This document shows positions 19,019 to 27,687 of a stretch of 32,000 bases of DNA, in pieces. Origin of the DNA: Crocosphaera subtropica ATCC 51142 (lineage in GTDB: Bacteria > Cyanobacteriota > Cyanobacteriia > Cyanobacteriales > Microcystaceae); contig NC_010546.1 of NCBI RefSeq assembly GCF_000017845.1, positions 4,680,001 through 4,712,000 of the forward strand. The letters are read 5' to 3'. A program made the translations under genes and the position numbers. The notes below the pieces were generated by a model. That model saw only the letters and a program-made list of their open reading frames with translations, was not told the origin of the DNA and searched no databases. How positions within the stretch are numbered: position 1 is the stretch's first letter; every line of letters starts with the position of its first letter.

Positions 19019-20260
19019 TTGAAAGTCGTAATCACTGGCATAACAGGAATGCGGAACCGAGGAGTGGAAGCCATTGTTATTCCAACTATTGAGGGGTTGC
19101 GTACATATAATCCTAGTATTGATATTAATCTACTCACTAGAAGTCCAGATTATGATGAAATCCGTCTCCAACCTTATGAAGTTAACCTTCATCTCGAAAG
19201 TAAAAATCTAACAACAAAAACCCCATCAATAAGCCGTAAAAAACGGTTACTTTCTCAAGTTTTTCCCCTCTATAAATTACCCAAACCTCAACCAATACCT
19301 ACCTCTCGTATCATTCGTAAAGCTTCTGCTATTATTGCCTCTGGGGGTGATATTTTTAGTCCTGAATATCCCATCACGCCTCATCTAAAACCCCTCAAAC
19401 TCGCTTTGGATTTAGGAAAGTCGATCATATTTTTAGCTCAATCTATCAGTCCCTACAGAACTGATGAAGAAGCTGAATCATGGCTTGAAGTTGCTCGACA
19501 AGCTAAACTAATCACGGTACGGGAATTGGCAACCTATAAATATGTCACAGAAATCCTGGGACTGTCGACTGATTTGGTAAAATTAACGGCTGATCCGGCT
19601 TTTTTGCTGAAACCTTCCCCAGACACAACCATTAATAACCTTTTAGAAAGTTATGGTATTCCTAAACACCGTCCTCTTGTTGCTATTGCTACGAGTCAAG
19701 GGATTTGTAGTTATGCTTCGATTTGGGATCAACGTAAACACTTAACTGCTTGGCAAAAAGTCGTTACAACAATTCTAGAAGACCTAGATGCAGACGTGAT
19801 GATTATTCCCCATGTTCAAGAAGTTAGAGCAGGTAATGATGACCGACTTATTGCCACATCATTACTTCGCGCCTTAGACTATAATCCACGGGTTCATGTC
19901 GCAGGTGCAGATCATAGTGCCTCAGAATTTAAAGGACTAATTGGGAGATGTGAGTTAGTAATTGCTGAGCGAATGCACGCTGCGATCGCGGGTTTATCGA
20001 GTGGAGTTTGTACGTTAGCAGTTGGTTATTCTATTAAAGCACAAGGCATTATGGCTGATTTGGTAGGAGAAGATAATCTACAAGGGGGATTATTAATTAG
20101 CATCGATGACTTTCTAAATCCAGATTTGGCTTCTCAAGCTGTACACAATGCTTGGAAACAAAGGGATGAAATTAAGACCAAAATTCAAGATAAGTTACCC
20201 TATATTCAGAAAAAGGCTTTAAGTAATTTTGAGATTATTTTTAATACTCTTAAACACTAA
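19019..20260 (+). CDS. Polysaccharide pyruvyl transferase (CsaB/WcaK-like)
   Basis: GNRGVEAI near the N-terminus, GGDIFS, and ERMHAAIAGLSSGVCTLAVGYSIKAQG near the C-terminus, matching the PS_pyruv_trans pattern. TTG start with AGGAGG 8 nt upstream. Confidence 0.82.
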   Translation: MKVVITGITGMRNRGVEAIVIPTIEGLRTYNPSIDINLLTRSPDYDEIRLQPYEVNLHLESKNLTTKTPSISRKKRLLSQVFPLYKLPKPQPIPTSRIIRKASAIIASGGDIFSPEYPITPHLKPLKLALDLGKSIIFLAQSISPYRTDEEAESWLEVARQAKLITVRELATYKYVTEILGLSTDLVKLTADPAFLLKPSPDTTINNLLESYGIPKHRPLVAIATSQGICSYASIWDQRKHLTAWQKVVTTILEDLDADVMIIPHVQEVRAGNDDRLIATSLLRALDYNPRVHVAGADHSASEFKGLIGRCELVIAERMHAAIAGLSSGVCTLAVGYSIKAQGIMADLVGEDNLQGGLLISIDDFLNPDLASQAVHNAWKQRDEIKTKIQDKLPYIQKKALSNFEIIFNTLKH

Positions 20261-20306
20261 TAACTAAGTGAATCGAAAGCTTTATAAAATTTGAGATTTG
20301 GGAAGA

Positions 20307-21122
20307 ATGAATTATCAATTACAGAAACCTAATTTAGAACAAACTGTTATCTTTCTCCATATTCATAAAACAGGTGGAAGAACATTGGAGGATATACTTA
20401 AGAAGCAATATGACCCACAAAAAATTTTATCAACAGATAATTTGAAATGGAGACAATCTCACGAAACTTTAAGTCAATACAGTCCAGCAGAATTAGAAAA
20501 CATTAAACTAATTAAAGGACATATGTATTTTGGAATTCATAACATATTATTACAACCTTTTACTTATATTACTATTTTAAGAGATCCCATCGAAAGAGTT
20601 CTTTCGCTCTATTGCTATATTCGAGATGAACCCAAAAATCCGCAGCACAAAGAATTAATAGAAAAAGGGATGAATTTAGAACAATTTCTATGCAGTGGTA
20701 TTGCAAAAACAGCCGAAAACGGTCAGACAAGAATTTTATCAGGCATTCAAGCAGAAAATAAACCTTGTTCTGATGAAATGTTTAAGTTAGCGAAGGAAAA
20801 TTTATCTAAATATTTTTCGGTTGTTGGTCTGACAGAACAATTTGATGAAACTTTAATTCTATTAAAACGTCTATTAGGATACAATATACCCATTTATTCT
20901 ACAAAAAACAAAAACAAAAGGCGTTTATCTATTGATGACATATCAGCAAAGGAAAGAAAAATGATAGAACAATATAATAGTTTTGATCTTCAATTATATG
21001 AATACGCTTATCAGCTTTTTGAAGAACAAAAGAAACAACAAGGATACTTATTTAATCTGGAATATACTTATTTTAAATCAAAATCGTTAGTTAAAAAATA
21101 TTTTATCAATTCAGGTAAATAA
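20307..21122 (+). CDS. Sulfotransferase family 2 (HS6ST/CHST-like motifs)
   Basis: VIFLHIHKTGGRTLEDIL is the 5'-PSB motif and ILRDPIERVLSLYCYI is the 3'-PB motif. I prefer ATG 20307 to the TTG at 20298 used by the ORF track. Confidence 0.8.
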   Translation: MNYQLQKPNLEQTVIFLHIHKTGGRTLEDILKKQYDPQKILSTDNLKWRQSHETLSQYSPAELENIKLIKGHMYFGIHNILLQPFTYITILRDPIERVLSLYCYIRDEPKNPQHKELIEKGMNLEQFLCSGIAKTAENGQTRILSGIQAENKPCSDEMFKLAKENLSKYFSVVGLTEQFDETLILLKRLLGYNIPIYSTKNKNKRRLSIDDISAKERKMIEQYNSFDLQLYEYAYQLFEEQKKQQGYLFNLEYTYFKSKSLVKKYFINSGK

Positions 21123-21190
21123 TAGCATTTTAAGTGAATTTTAAACCAGACTCTTTTTCCATAAATTAAATTTTATTAAAAAGACAACAC

Positions 21191-22276
21191 ATGAACCACA
21201 AAATTCTCTGGCTAAGACGGCGTTTTGATTGGATGGGTAAGCATAGTGGTTATGACCAACTATGCGAATCTATGTCTACACTTCTTCCTCACGATACTTA
21301 TAAAAGTGTATGGCAACATCCAGGACAACCCCAAAAAAAAATTTTGCGTTCAATGGTAGAACGAGTGGGAAAAAAAGCCAAAGGTAGTCCTATGTATGCT
21401 CTTGATAGTACCACAGCAGAAATTAAGACTATCCTAAAAAGTTTACAATGGCATCCTGATTTAATTCATGTCACTTATGTGGAAAATCAATTAGGAATAT
21501 TACCAAACTGGAAAGAGCGTTTATCTTGTAAAATAATTGGCACATCCCATCAACCTGCAGGATGGTGGCGTTTGGTTCATAAACATCCTAAGAAAATTGC
21601 TAATTTAGATGCACTAATTGTTCTTGGGAGTCGAGAAGTTTCTTACTTTGAACAGTATCTACCTGGACGAGTTTTTTTTATTCCTCACGGAGTTGATACT
21701 GATTTTTTCTGTCCTCCATTGGAAAAAGAAAAGAGACAAGTAAGGTGTGTTTTTTCAGGAAAACATCTTCGAGATTTATCCACTTTAGCAATAGTAATTG
21801 ATCAAGTTCTTAGTAAAAATCCAGAAATTCAATTTGACATCATCATGCCTCGAAATCCTGGGGATCGTACAAATCCGACTCTTATTCGTATTGCTCGCCA
21901 TTCACAGGTTCACTGGTATCAAGGTGTTTCAGATAACCGCTTAAGGAAACTCTATCAACAAGCAAATATGTTAGTTTTACCAATTATCGACTGTACTGCT
22001 AATAATGCTTTATTGGAGTCTATATCCTGCGGTTTGCCGGTAATTTCTAATGATGTAGGGGGTTTACTTGACTATACAAGAGATACCTTTGCTGAACTTT
22101 TACCTATTGGTGATGTGGATGGATTTGTTAATGCTATATTGAAACTGACACAGGATTCAGAGGAACAGCAAACAAGAAGTCAAGCTGCGAGGAAATTTGC
22201 CGAGGAAGAGCTTGATTGGATTAAAATAACTAAAAAAACTATTGAGATTTATCAAAAAATCTTAACTAATAATTAA
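21191..22276 (+). CDS. Glycosyltransferase, GT4-like (GT-B fold)
   Basis: C-terminal Glycos_transf_1-type region: VFSGKHLRDL..., NNALLESISCGLPVISNDVGGLLDY. Confidence 0.78.
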   Translation: MNHKILWLRRRFDWMGKHSGYDQLCESMSTLLPHDTYKSVWQHPGQPQKKILRSMVERVGKKAKGSPMYALDSTTAEIKTILKSLQWHPDLIHVTYVENQLGILPNWKERLSCKIIGTSHQPAGWWRLVHKHPKKIANLDALIVLGSREVSYFEQYLPGRVFFIPHGVDTDFFCPPLEKEKRQVRCVFSGKHLRDLSTLAIVIDQVLSKNPEIQFDIIMPRNPGDRTNPTLIRIARHSQVHWYQGVSDNRLRKLYQQANMLVLPIIDCTANNALLESISCGLPVISNDVGGLLDYTRDTFAELLPIGDVDGFVNAILKLTQDSEEQQTRSQAARKFAEEELDWIKITKKTIEIYQKILTNN

Positions 22277-22320
22277 GGATAATAAAACTTTAAAAATTTC
22301 AGATTTCAAAGGATTAAGTA

Positions 22321-23523
22321 ATGATATTTTTCGTATCAAAAACCCTCACTCATAACAGTGGATTGCCCCAAGCAGGAAAAGATATATTAATTGCTTTGTT
22401 AACCACTGGCGAGCCGATAATAGTTGTTACTAAAACAAAATGTTTACTTCCTCAAAAAATTGAGAATCAACTTGTTCCTTTACCTCAGTGGGTATTCCCA
22501 ATTGAAAAAATTGCTTCTGCCAAATCAATTCAAAGAAAGCGACAACTTTTAAGTTTTCTAATCCAATGGATTCAAAAAAAAATTTTAGAAATAATTAAAA
22601 ATCAAAGAGATAAACAATTAAAAGCTTACAATCCTCATAGGATTGTAGTTAATGGATTAAGCAACCATACATTTTGGCAAAATATTAGTCCCGAAGTGAC
22701 GGAACAAATGGTCTTAATCGTTCATGTTTCCCCTAGACATTTCGTTCCACCAAAGTCTGAGACGTTAGACTGGGCAATCAAAATAATGAATCAATATAAA
22801 GCTTTGATATTTGTTTCATCTCGATGCCGAGACGAATGGTCATCATTAATTGATGTTAGTAATAAAAGAATTTCTTATATTCCTAATTGCTGCAAAGAAG
22901 ATGAAATTAAGAAAATAACCTCAGTTACCAAAGAAAAAACCAAAGAAAAATTAAGTTTATCTCTAAAAGATTTTGTAGCGGTTTGTGTCGCAAGTTTGCA
23001 ACCTCGGAAGAATCAAACGTTGTTATTAGATGTTTTTCCAAAATTAATACAAATTGTTCCAAATTTAAAACTTTATTTGATTGGTCCAATCAGTTTAAAT
23101 CCTTCCTGGGCAAAATCTCTGTTAAAAACAATTAAAGTTAAGGGTTTCAGTAATCAAATACAATATTTGGGGAGTAAAGAGAATGCAAAAGAGTTTATTT
23201 ATGCTGCCGATGTTTTATTATTACCTTCTTTGGCAGAAGCAATGCCATGTGTCATATTAGAAGCAATGGCTTTAAAAACACCAATAATTGCTTCTGAAGT
23301 TGATGGTATTCCAGAGTTAATTGAGAATGAATCAACAGGCTTTTTGTTTTCTCCAAAAGATCCGCAAACTTTAGTTGAAGCTTTCAAAAAGATGGCTAAT
23401 AATTTAGAGGAAACTCAAAAATATACAGATAATGCTTATCATAAGTATTGGCAAGAGTTTTCGCAGAGTAAGCAAATAGAAAGATATCATCGATTTTTGG
23501 CAAACTTGAATAATGGTAACTAA
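22321..23523 (+). CDS. Glycosyltransferase, GT4-like (GT-B fold)
   Basis: SLQPRKNQ..., LLLPSLAEAMPCVILEAMALKTPIIASEVDGIPELIENESTGFLF is the classic EX7E region. AAGGA RBS present. Confidence 0.85.
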   Translation: MIFFVSKTLTHNSGLPQAGKDILIALLTTGEPIIVVTKTKCLLPQKIENQLVPLPQWVFPIEKIASAKSIQRKRQLLSFLIQWIQKKILEIIKNQRDKQLKAYNPHRIVVNGLSNHTFWQNISPEVTEQMVLIVHVSPRHFVPPKSETLDWAIKIMNQYKALIFVSSRCRDEWSSLIDVSNKRISYIPNCCKEDEIKKITSVTKEKTKEKLSLSLKDFVAVCVASLQPRKNQTLLLDVFPKLIQIVPNLKLYLIGPISLNPSWAKSLLKTIKVKGFSNQIQYLGSKENAKEFIYAADVLLLPSLAEAMPCVILEAMALKTPIIASEVDGIPELIENESTGFLFSPKDPQTLVEAFKKMANNLEETQKYTDNAYHKYWQEFSQSKQIERYHRFLANLNNGN

Positions 23524-23580
23524 AACATTAATGTGTTATAGTTTAATCAATATCATAGTATAAAATGAAGTTTAAAAAAA

Positions 23581-24588
23581 ATGACTAAACCAACTGTTTT
23601 TGTTCATACAAGCTGCCATGAAATAATGTCAGGAAAGATTGCTGCTTACAGTCTTAAACGGATGTCTAAAAATACTGATAAGTTTGATGTTAAAATCATT
23701 GAATTAGAACATTATCCCCATTTAATGAAGTATCATGGTTACCGATGTATTCGTAATAAACGGGAAGCCGCTTGGTATAATAATGTTCCTCAATCTTTCT
23801 TGCCATTGCGCTTTATTGTCCCTCAATTGATGGGTTATGAAGGAAAAGCCGTTGTCATAGACCCTGATATTTTTGCAGTGGCAGATATCTATGAATTACT
23901 AACAAAAGACATGGGAAATAAAGCTGTTTTAGCTAGACCCATTTATTCAAAAAATAGAGTTATTGGTCATAATTCTAGTGTCATGCTTCTTGACTGTTCT
24001 AAATTACAACATTGGCAATGGGAAAAAGAAATTGATGAAGTTTTTAATAAAAAAAGAGATTTACAAGAATGGATATCTATACAAACAGAGTCAAGAGAAA
24101 ATATAGGGGAACTAGAAGAAGAATGGAATCATTATGACATTCTCAATGAACACACTAAGTTGTTACATAATACAACTCAAATTACACAACCTTGGAAAAC
24201 AGGTTTGCTTTATGATACATCCCGTTTAAATAATAATGTACAAGGATTTGCTCGTTTTGGAATTGAGTTAGTTTCTAGTTATCAAAAAATAGCTAAAGCT
24301 CCTTCCAAAAGGAAAGCATTGAAATCTATGATGCAGGAACTTTTATTACAAAAGGAAAGAAAATTATATCGTCAACATCCTGACCCAAATCAAGAAAATC
24401 TTTTCTTTTCATATCTGAAAGAAGCGTTATTAGAAGGAATTATTAGTGAAGACTTTATTAAACAACAAATCAATTACAAACATATTAGAAAAGATATTTT
24501 TGAAATTTTAAACAAGGTCAACTATTCTACTGAAAATGTATTACAAAGAATCACTAAAAAAACAGCTAAACTACACTTACAAAAATAA
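23581..24588 (+). CDS. Hypothetical protein, possibly a GT-A-fold (GT8-like) nucleotide-sugar transferase
   Basis: A 335-aa ORF, last gene of the same-strand cluster. KAVVIDPDIFAVADIYEL resembles a DxD motif context and SSVMLLDCSKL resembles GT8-like cores. Assignment is weak. Confidence 0.45.
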   Translation: MTKPTVFVHTSCHEIMSGKIAAYSLKRMSKNTDKFDVKIIELEHYPHLMKYHGYRCIRNKREAAWYNNVPQSFLPLRFIVPQLMGYEGKAVVIDPDIFAVADIYELLTKDMGNKAVLARPIYSKNRVIGHNSSVMLLDCSKLQHWQWEKEIDEVFNKKRDLQEWISIQTESRENIGELEEEWNHYDILNEHTKLLHNTTQITQPWKTGLLYDTSRLNNNVQGFARFGIELVSSYQKIAKAPSKRKALKSMMQELLLQKERKLYRQHPDPNQENLFFSYLKEALLEGIISEDFIKQQINYKHIRKDIFEILNKVNYSTENVLQRITKKTAKLHLQK

Positions 24589-24735
24589 ATACTATAAATT
24601 GTAAGTAATATAATTTCAATCTCCTGAACTTGATGGGTATATAGTCATCCATAATCTCTTTCCTTATCCCTGATCATAAAATATATAGACTCAGGAAAAC
24701 TATCACCAATTATTTTCTTAGTAAAGGTTTTCTGT

Positions 24736-24765
24736 CTGCATTGGGTTTAACATAACCCAATGCAG
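24736..24765. other. Perfect 12-bp-stem hairpin (CTGCATTGGGTT-taacat-AACCCAATGCAG) in the intergenic region after the polysaccharide cluster
   Basis: Read directly. There is no U-tract on either strand, so it is not a canonical intrinsic terminator. Confidence 0.5.
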
Positions 24766-24912
24766 CTACTCAAGTTCCTGATGTTATCTATAGTTTTTAT
24801 CATCTTAAATTCTTAGCAATTATATCTAAATTCTTAAAATAACAATGAATAAATTTGGTGAATATAATATTCTGTTAACAGAAGAATATTTTAATAAGCT
24901 GATTAGTTAAAA

Positions 24913-25047
24913 ATGAAAATAAATGAAAAATATTTACATCCCACATCTCTAGACGAAGCAAAAATAATTCAACAACAGTTGAAAAAACAAGTAATAACTA
25001 AAGATCAACTACAAACAGTTAAGTATGTAGCAGGGGTCGATGTCGGT
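24913..25047 (+). pseudogene. nfi: Endonuclease V (nfi) 5' fragment, about 45 codons, truncated by insertion of the downstream element
   Basis: MKINEKYLHPTSLDEAKIIQQQLKKQVITKDQLQTVKYVAGVDVG matches the Nfi N-terminus up to the conserved G(A/V)DVG Asp motif. After nt 25047 the frame runs into AT-rich low-complexity sequence and stops at 25161, whereas full-length Nfi is about 220 aa. Confidence 0.7.
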
Positions 25048-25151
25048 AATCTAATACAAAGAATATATAATAAACAACAACAACAAAGACCCCCTTTTTT
25101 ATACACTGTTATACTATATCTTAATACTTTTTTATATTTATATGGTGTTAA

Positions 25152-26234
25152 ATGTCTTTAAGTCTTCAGAAGGGCATCGACCCTCATACCCAGGAGATCA
25201 TTTGGTTAGTGCTTGATGAGGATTACCAAGTGGTAGAACCAATTCAACGTTACCTAACCTTCCTATCAGGGACAAAATCCCCCAATACTGTCGAATCCTA
25301 CGGTTACGGGCTAAAAGCTTGGTGGGAGTTCCTACAAAGTAAAACCCTCAACTGGAAAGAAGTTCAGTTAACGGATTTAGAAGACTTTGTTCATTGGTTA
25401 AGAGTAGGAGATACCAGTAACATCGTGTCCATGCAACCAGTTAAAGCAAAACGTAGCGAACGTAGCATCAATTTGGCACTAACGGCTGTTACCACCTTTT
25501 ATGAGTACCACGACGCTCATAAAAACGTTGACCCCAAAAAGTTTGACCGTCTCATTACTACCAGGGGAAATACTCGTAGAGGGTTATTAGATGGCATTAG
25601 TAAGTCCAAACCAACCCGACAGAAATTAGTCAAACTTAAAGAACCTAAAAAGTTTCCTGGTTGTTTAACAGATGAACAACTGGAAACCTTAGTTAATAGC
25701 TGTCACCGACTTAGAGATAAATTCCTAATCCTGTTACTCAATGGAACAGGAATTAGAGTAGGAGAATTACTCGGATTACAGCACGAAGACATAGGAGACG
25801 GTAGCGATTACTTTATCCATGTCAGAAAGCGTCGTCACAATAATGAAGCTAGGGCAAAAGGACAAGAAAGAACCATTCCTGTTATTCCTGAACTTCTGCA
25901 AATGTACAACGATTATCTCATTTATGAGTACCCAGAAGTGGAATCAAACTATGTTTTCGTAAATATCTGGGAGGGTGCAATAGGGATGCCCATGAAAGCC
26001 CCTGTCATTAATACCATGTTTACTCGGTTGAGTAAAAAGACAGGAATTAAAGTCTATCCTCACCTCTTTCGTCATACCTATGCTACTCGTTTATTGAAAG
26101 CAGGTTACTCACCAGAACGGGTCAAGTATCTATTAGGACATACCAGTATTCAAACCACATTAGATATTTACTCTCATGTTATCAGTGAAGCAGATTTAAT
26201 GACCGTTATTGAGGAGGAGGACAATAATGAGTAG
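25152..26234 (+). CDS. Tyrosine recombinase/integrase, first of trio (Tn554 TnpA-like in size; RIT-like arrangement)
   Basis: Catalytic set present: GIRVGELLGL (Arg), HLFRHTYATRLL (HxxR) and LLGHTSIQTTLDIYSHV (His...Tyr). The N-terminal SAM-like core-binding region contains T..SY...LK.WW.F. Confidence 0.9.
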   Translation: MSLSLQKGIDPHTQEIIWLVLDEDYQVVEPIQRYLTFLSGTKSPNTVESYGYGLKAWWEFLQSKTLNWKEVQLTDLEDFVHWLRVGDTSNIVSMQPVKAKRSERSINLALTAVTTFYEYHDAHKNVDPKKFDRLITTRGNTRRGLLDGISKSKPTRQKLVKLKEPKKFPGCLTDEQLETLVNSCHRLRDKFLILLLNGTGIRVGELLGLQHEDIGDGSDYFIHVRKRRHNNEARAKGQERTIPVIPELLQMYNDYLIYEYPEVESNYVFVNIWEGAIGMPMKAPVINTMFTRLSKKTGIKVYPHLFRHTYATRLLKAGYSPERVKYLLGHTSIQTTLDIYSHVISEADLMTVIEEEDNNE

Positions 26235-27687
26235 TATTCCTGATTGGATTTTAGAACCTGAAAGTTGGTTGAGGGAACAGAATAGTAAAGCTCAACAACT
26301 CTTACTCAATCCTTTACTAAAAAAGGATATTTGGAAAACCAGAGAGGATTTAGGATTAGACATTAATCAGCATGGAAAAGTATTAACTATTCCCTTTCAA
26401 GGTATTGAACAAGATTGGTTGAAGTTACTGGCTATGCTGTATGTTTTAGTGAGAAGTCAACGCAAGTTATCTGCTAGATATATTAGACATGATGTTCATT
26501 ACTTAAGTCGATTTTCACGATTCCTAACTCAGCAATCAATCTTAACCCCTGAACAAATTAATGACCAACTGTTTGAGGAGTTTGATTACTATTTACGGTC
26601 ATCTAAATTATCACAAAGATCCATCTCACTTCATTACATGACCCTAATTAACTTTTTCAATCTCTGTCGTCAAGAAGAATGGTTAGATGTTAACACTTAC
26701 TGGTTCAAGGGAAAATATAAAAACTCAACTCCTAAAAATGATGACATTGAGTACATTCCTGAAGAAGTTTGGCAACAATTAGATGAGCATCTCCATCATT
26801 TGCCTGACCCTATTCAAAGGATGGTATTAATCATTAGAGGGACAGGGTTACGCATTGGAGAACTGCTTAATTTACCCTTAGATTGTTTACGAAGACGAGA
26901 TAAACAATGGCGTTTAAGATTTCTAACTGAAAAGTACAAAACCGAAGATGAAATACCCATTTGTAGTGAATTAGCTGCGGTTGTTCAAGAACAGCAAGAC
27001 TATATCAGGGAGCATTTTGGGAATAATTATAACAATTTATTTGGAAGTAATGATGGAAGTCATCACTACAAACCAGCCCCTAGAATTATGAAATTAGACA
27101 CCTTTAGTCGCTACCTGAATAAATTAGCTCAAAACCATAATATCAGCACAAAAGAAGGTGAAGTTTGGCATTTTCGGTCACATCAATTTAGAAGAACATT
27201 GGCTACTGTGATGACCAATGCAGGAGTCAGAGACTTAATTATTCAAAAGTACCTGAGACACCGTTCTCCTGATATGCAGAACCATTATAAACACTTACTC
27301 AAAGAGGTATTAGGGGAAGAATATCAGGAGTTAATGAAAGAGACAAAATATGTTGACAGTACAGGTTCTTTAGTCGCTACTCATAAACCCAAAAACCCCA
27401 TCACTGAGATGGTACGACGAAAAATGTATGAGATTACCACTCAGTATGGGGAATGTCATCGACCTATTTTAAAATCTCCCTGTCAAACAGTTAATGCTTG
27501 TTTACGGTGTGAACATTGGCGAACTTCTACAGAGGATTTGGATTATCTAAAAGAGGATCTCAACCGAATAGAAACTGAGATAAATATTGCTAATAAGTTA
27601 GGAATGGTTAGGCAAGAAAAAGGTTTAATCAGTGACCAGCAACGTTTAAGTGTTCGTGTTCAAGGATTGGAGAAAGTCAATGATTGA
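26227..27687 (+). CDS. Tyrosine recombinase, second of trio, with a C-terminal Cys cluster
   Basis: GLRIGELLNL, HQFRRTLATVM and YLRHRSPDMQNHYKHL supply R, HxxR, H and Y. I chose ATG 26227, which has GAGGAGGAGG 6 nt upstream and overlaps the previous stop by 8 nt (ATGAGTAG). C-x8-C-x5-C-x2-C lies at nt 27454-27510. Confidence 0.85.
   Translation: MSSIPDWILEPESWLREQNSKAQQLLLNPLLKKDIWKTREDLGLDINQHGKVLTIPFQGIEQDWLKLLAMLYVLVRSQRKLSARYIRHDVHYLSRFSRFLTQQSILTPEQINDQLFEEFDYYLRSSKLSQRSISLHYMTLINFFNLCRQEEWLDVNTYWFKGKYKNSTPKNDDIEYIPEEVWQQLDEHLHHLPDPIQRMVLIIRGTGLRIGELLNLPLDCLRRRDKQWRLRFLTEKYKTEDEIPICSELAAVVQEQQDYIREHFGNNYNNLFGSNDGSHHYKPAPRIMKLDTFSRYLNKLAQNHNISTKEGEVWHFRSHQFRRTLATVMTNAGVRDLIIQKYLRHRSPDMQNHYKHLLKEVLGEEYQELMKETKYVDSTGSLVATHKPKNPITEMVRRKMYEITTQYGECHRPILKSPCQTVNACLRCEHWRTSTEDLDYLKEDLNRIETEINIANKLGMVRQEKGLISDQQRLSVRVQGLEKVND

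Noticed and set aside
25048-25151. Search for a terminal inverted repeat of the element's left end elsewhere in the window
   Set aside because: I could not find a reverse-complement match to the left-end sequence (CTAATACAAAGAATATATAATAAAC...) between 29.4 and 32 kb. Either the right end is outside the window or the element lacks TIRs, as Tn554 does. No TIR is claimed.
24913-25161. Treating the 82-aa ORF as an intact small gene
   Set aside because: Only the first 45 or so residues resemble a known protein (Nfi). The remainder is low-complexity read-through into element DNA, so I call it a truncated pseudogene.
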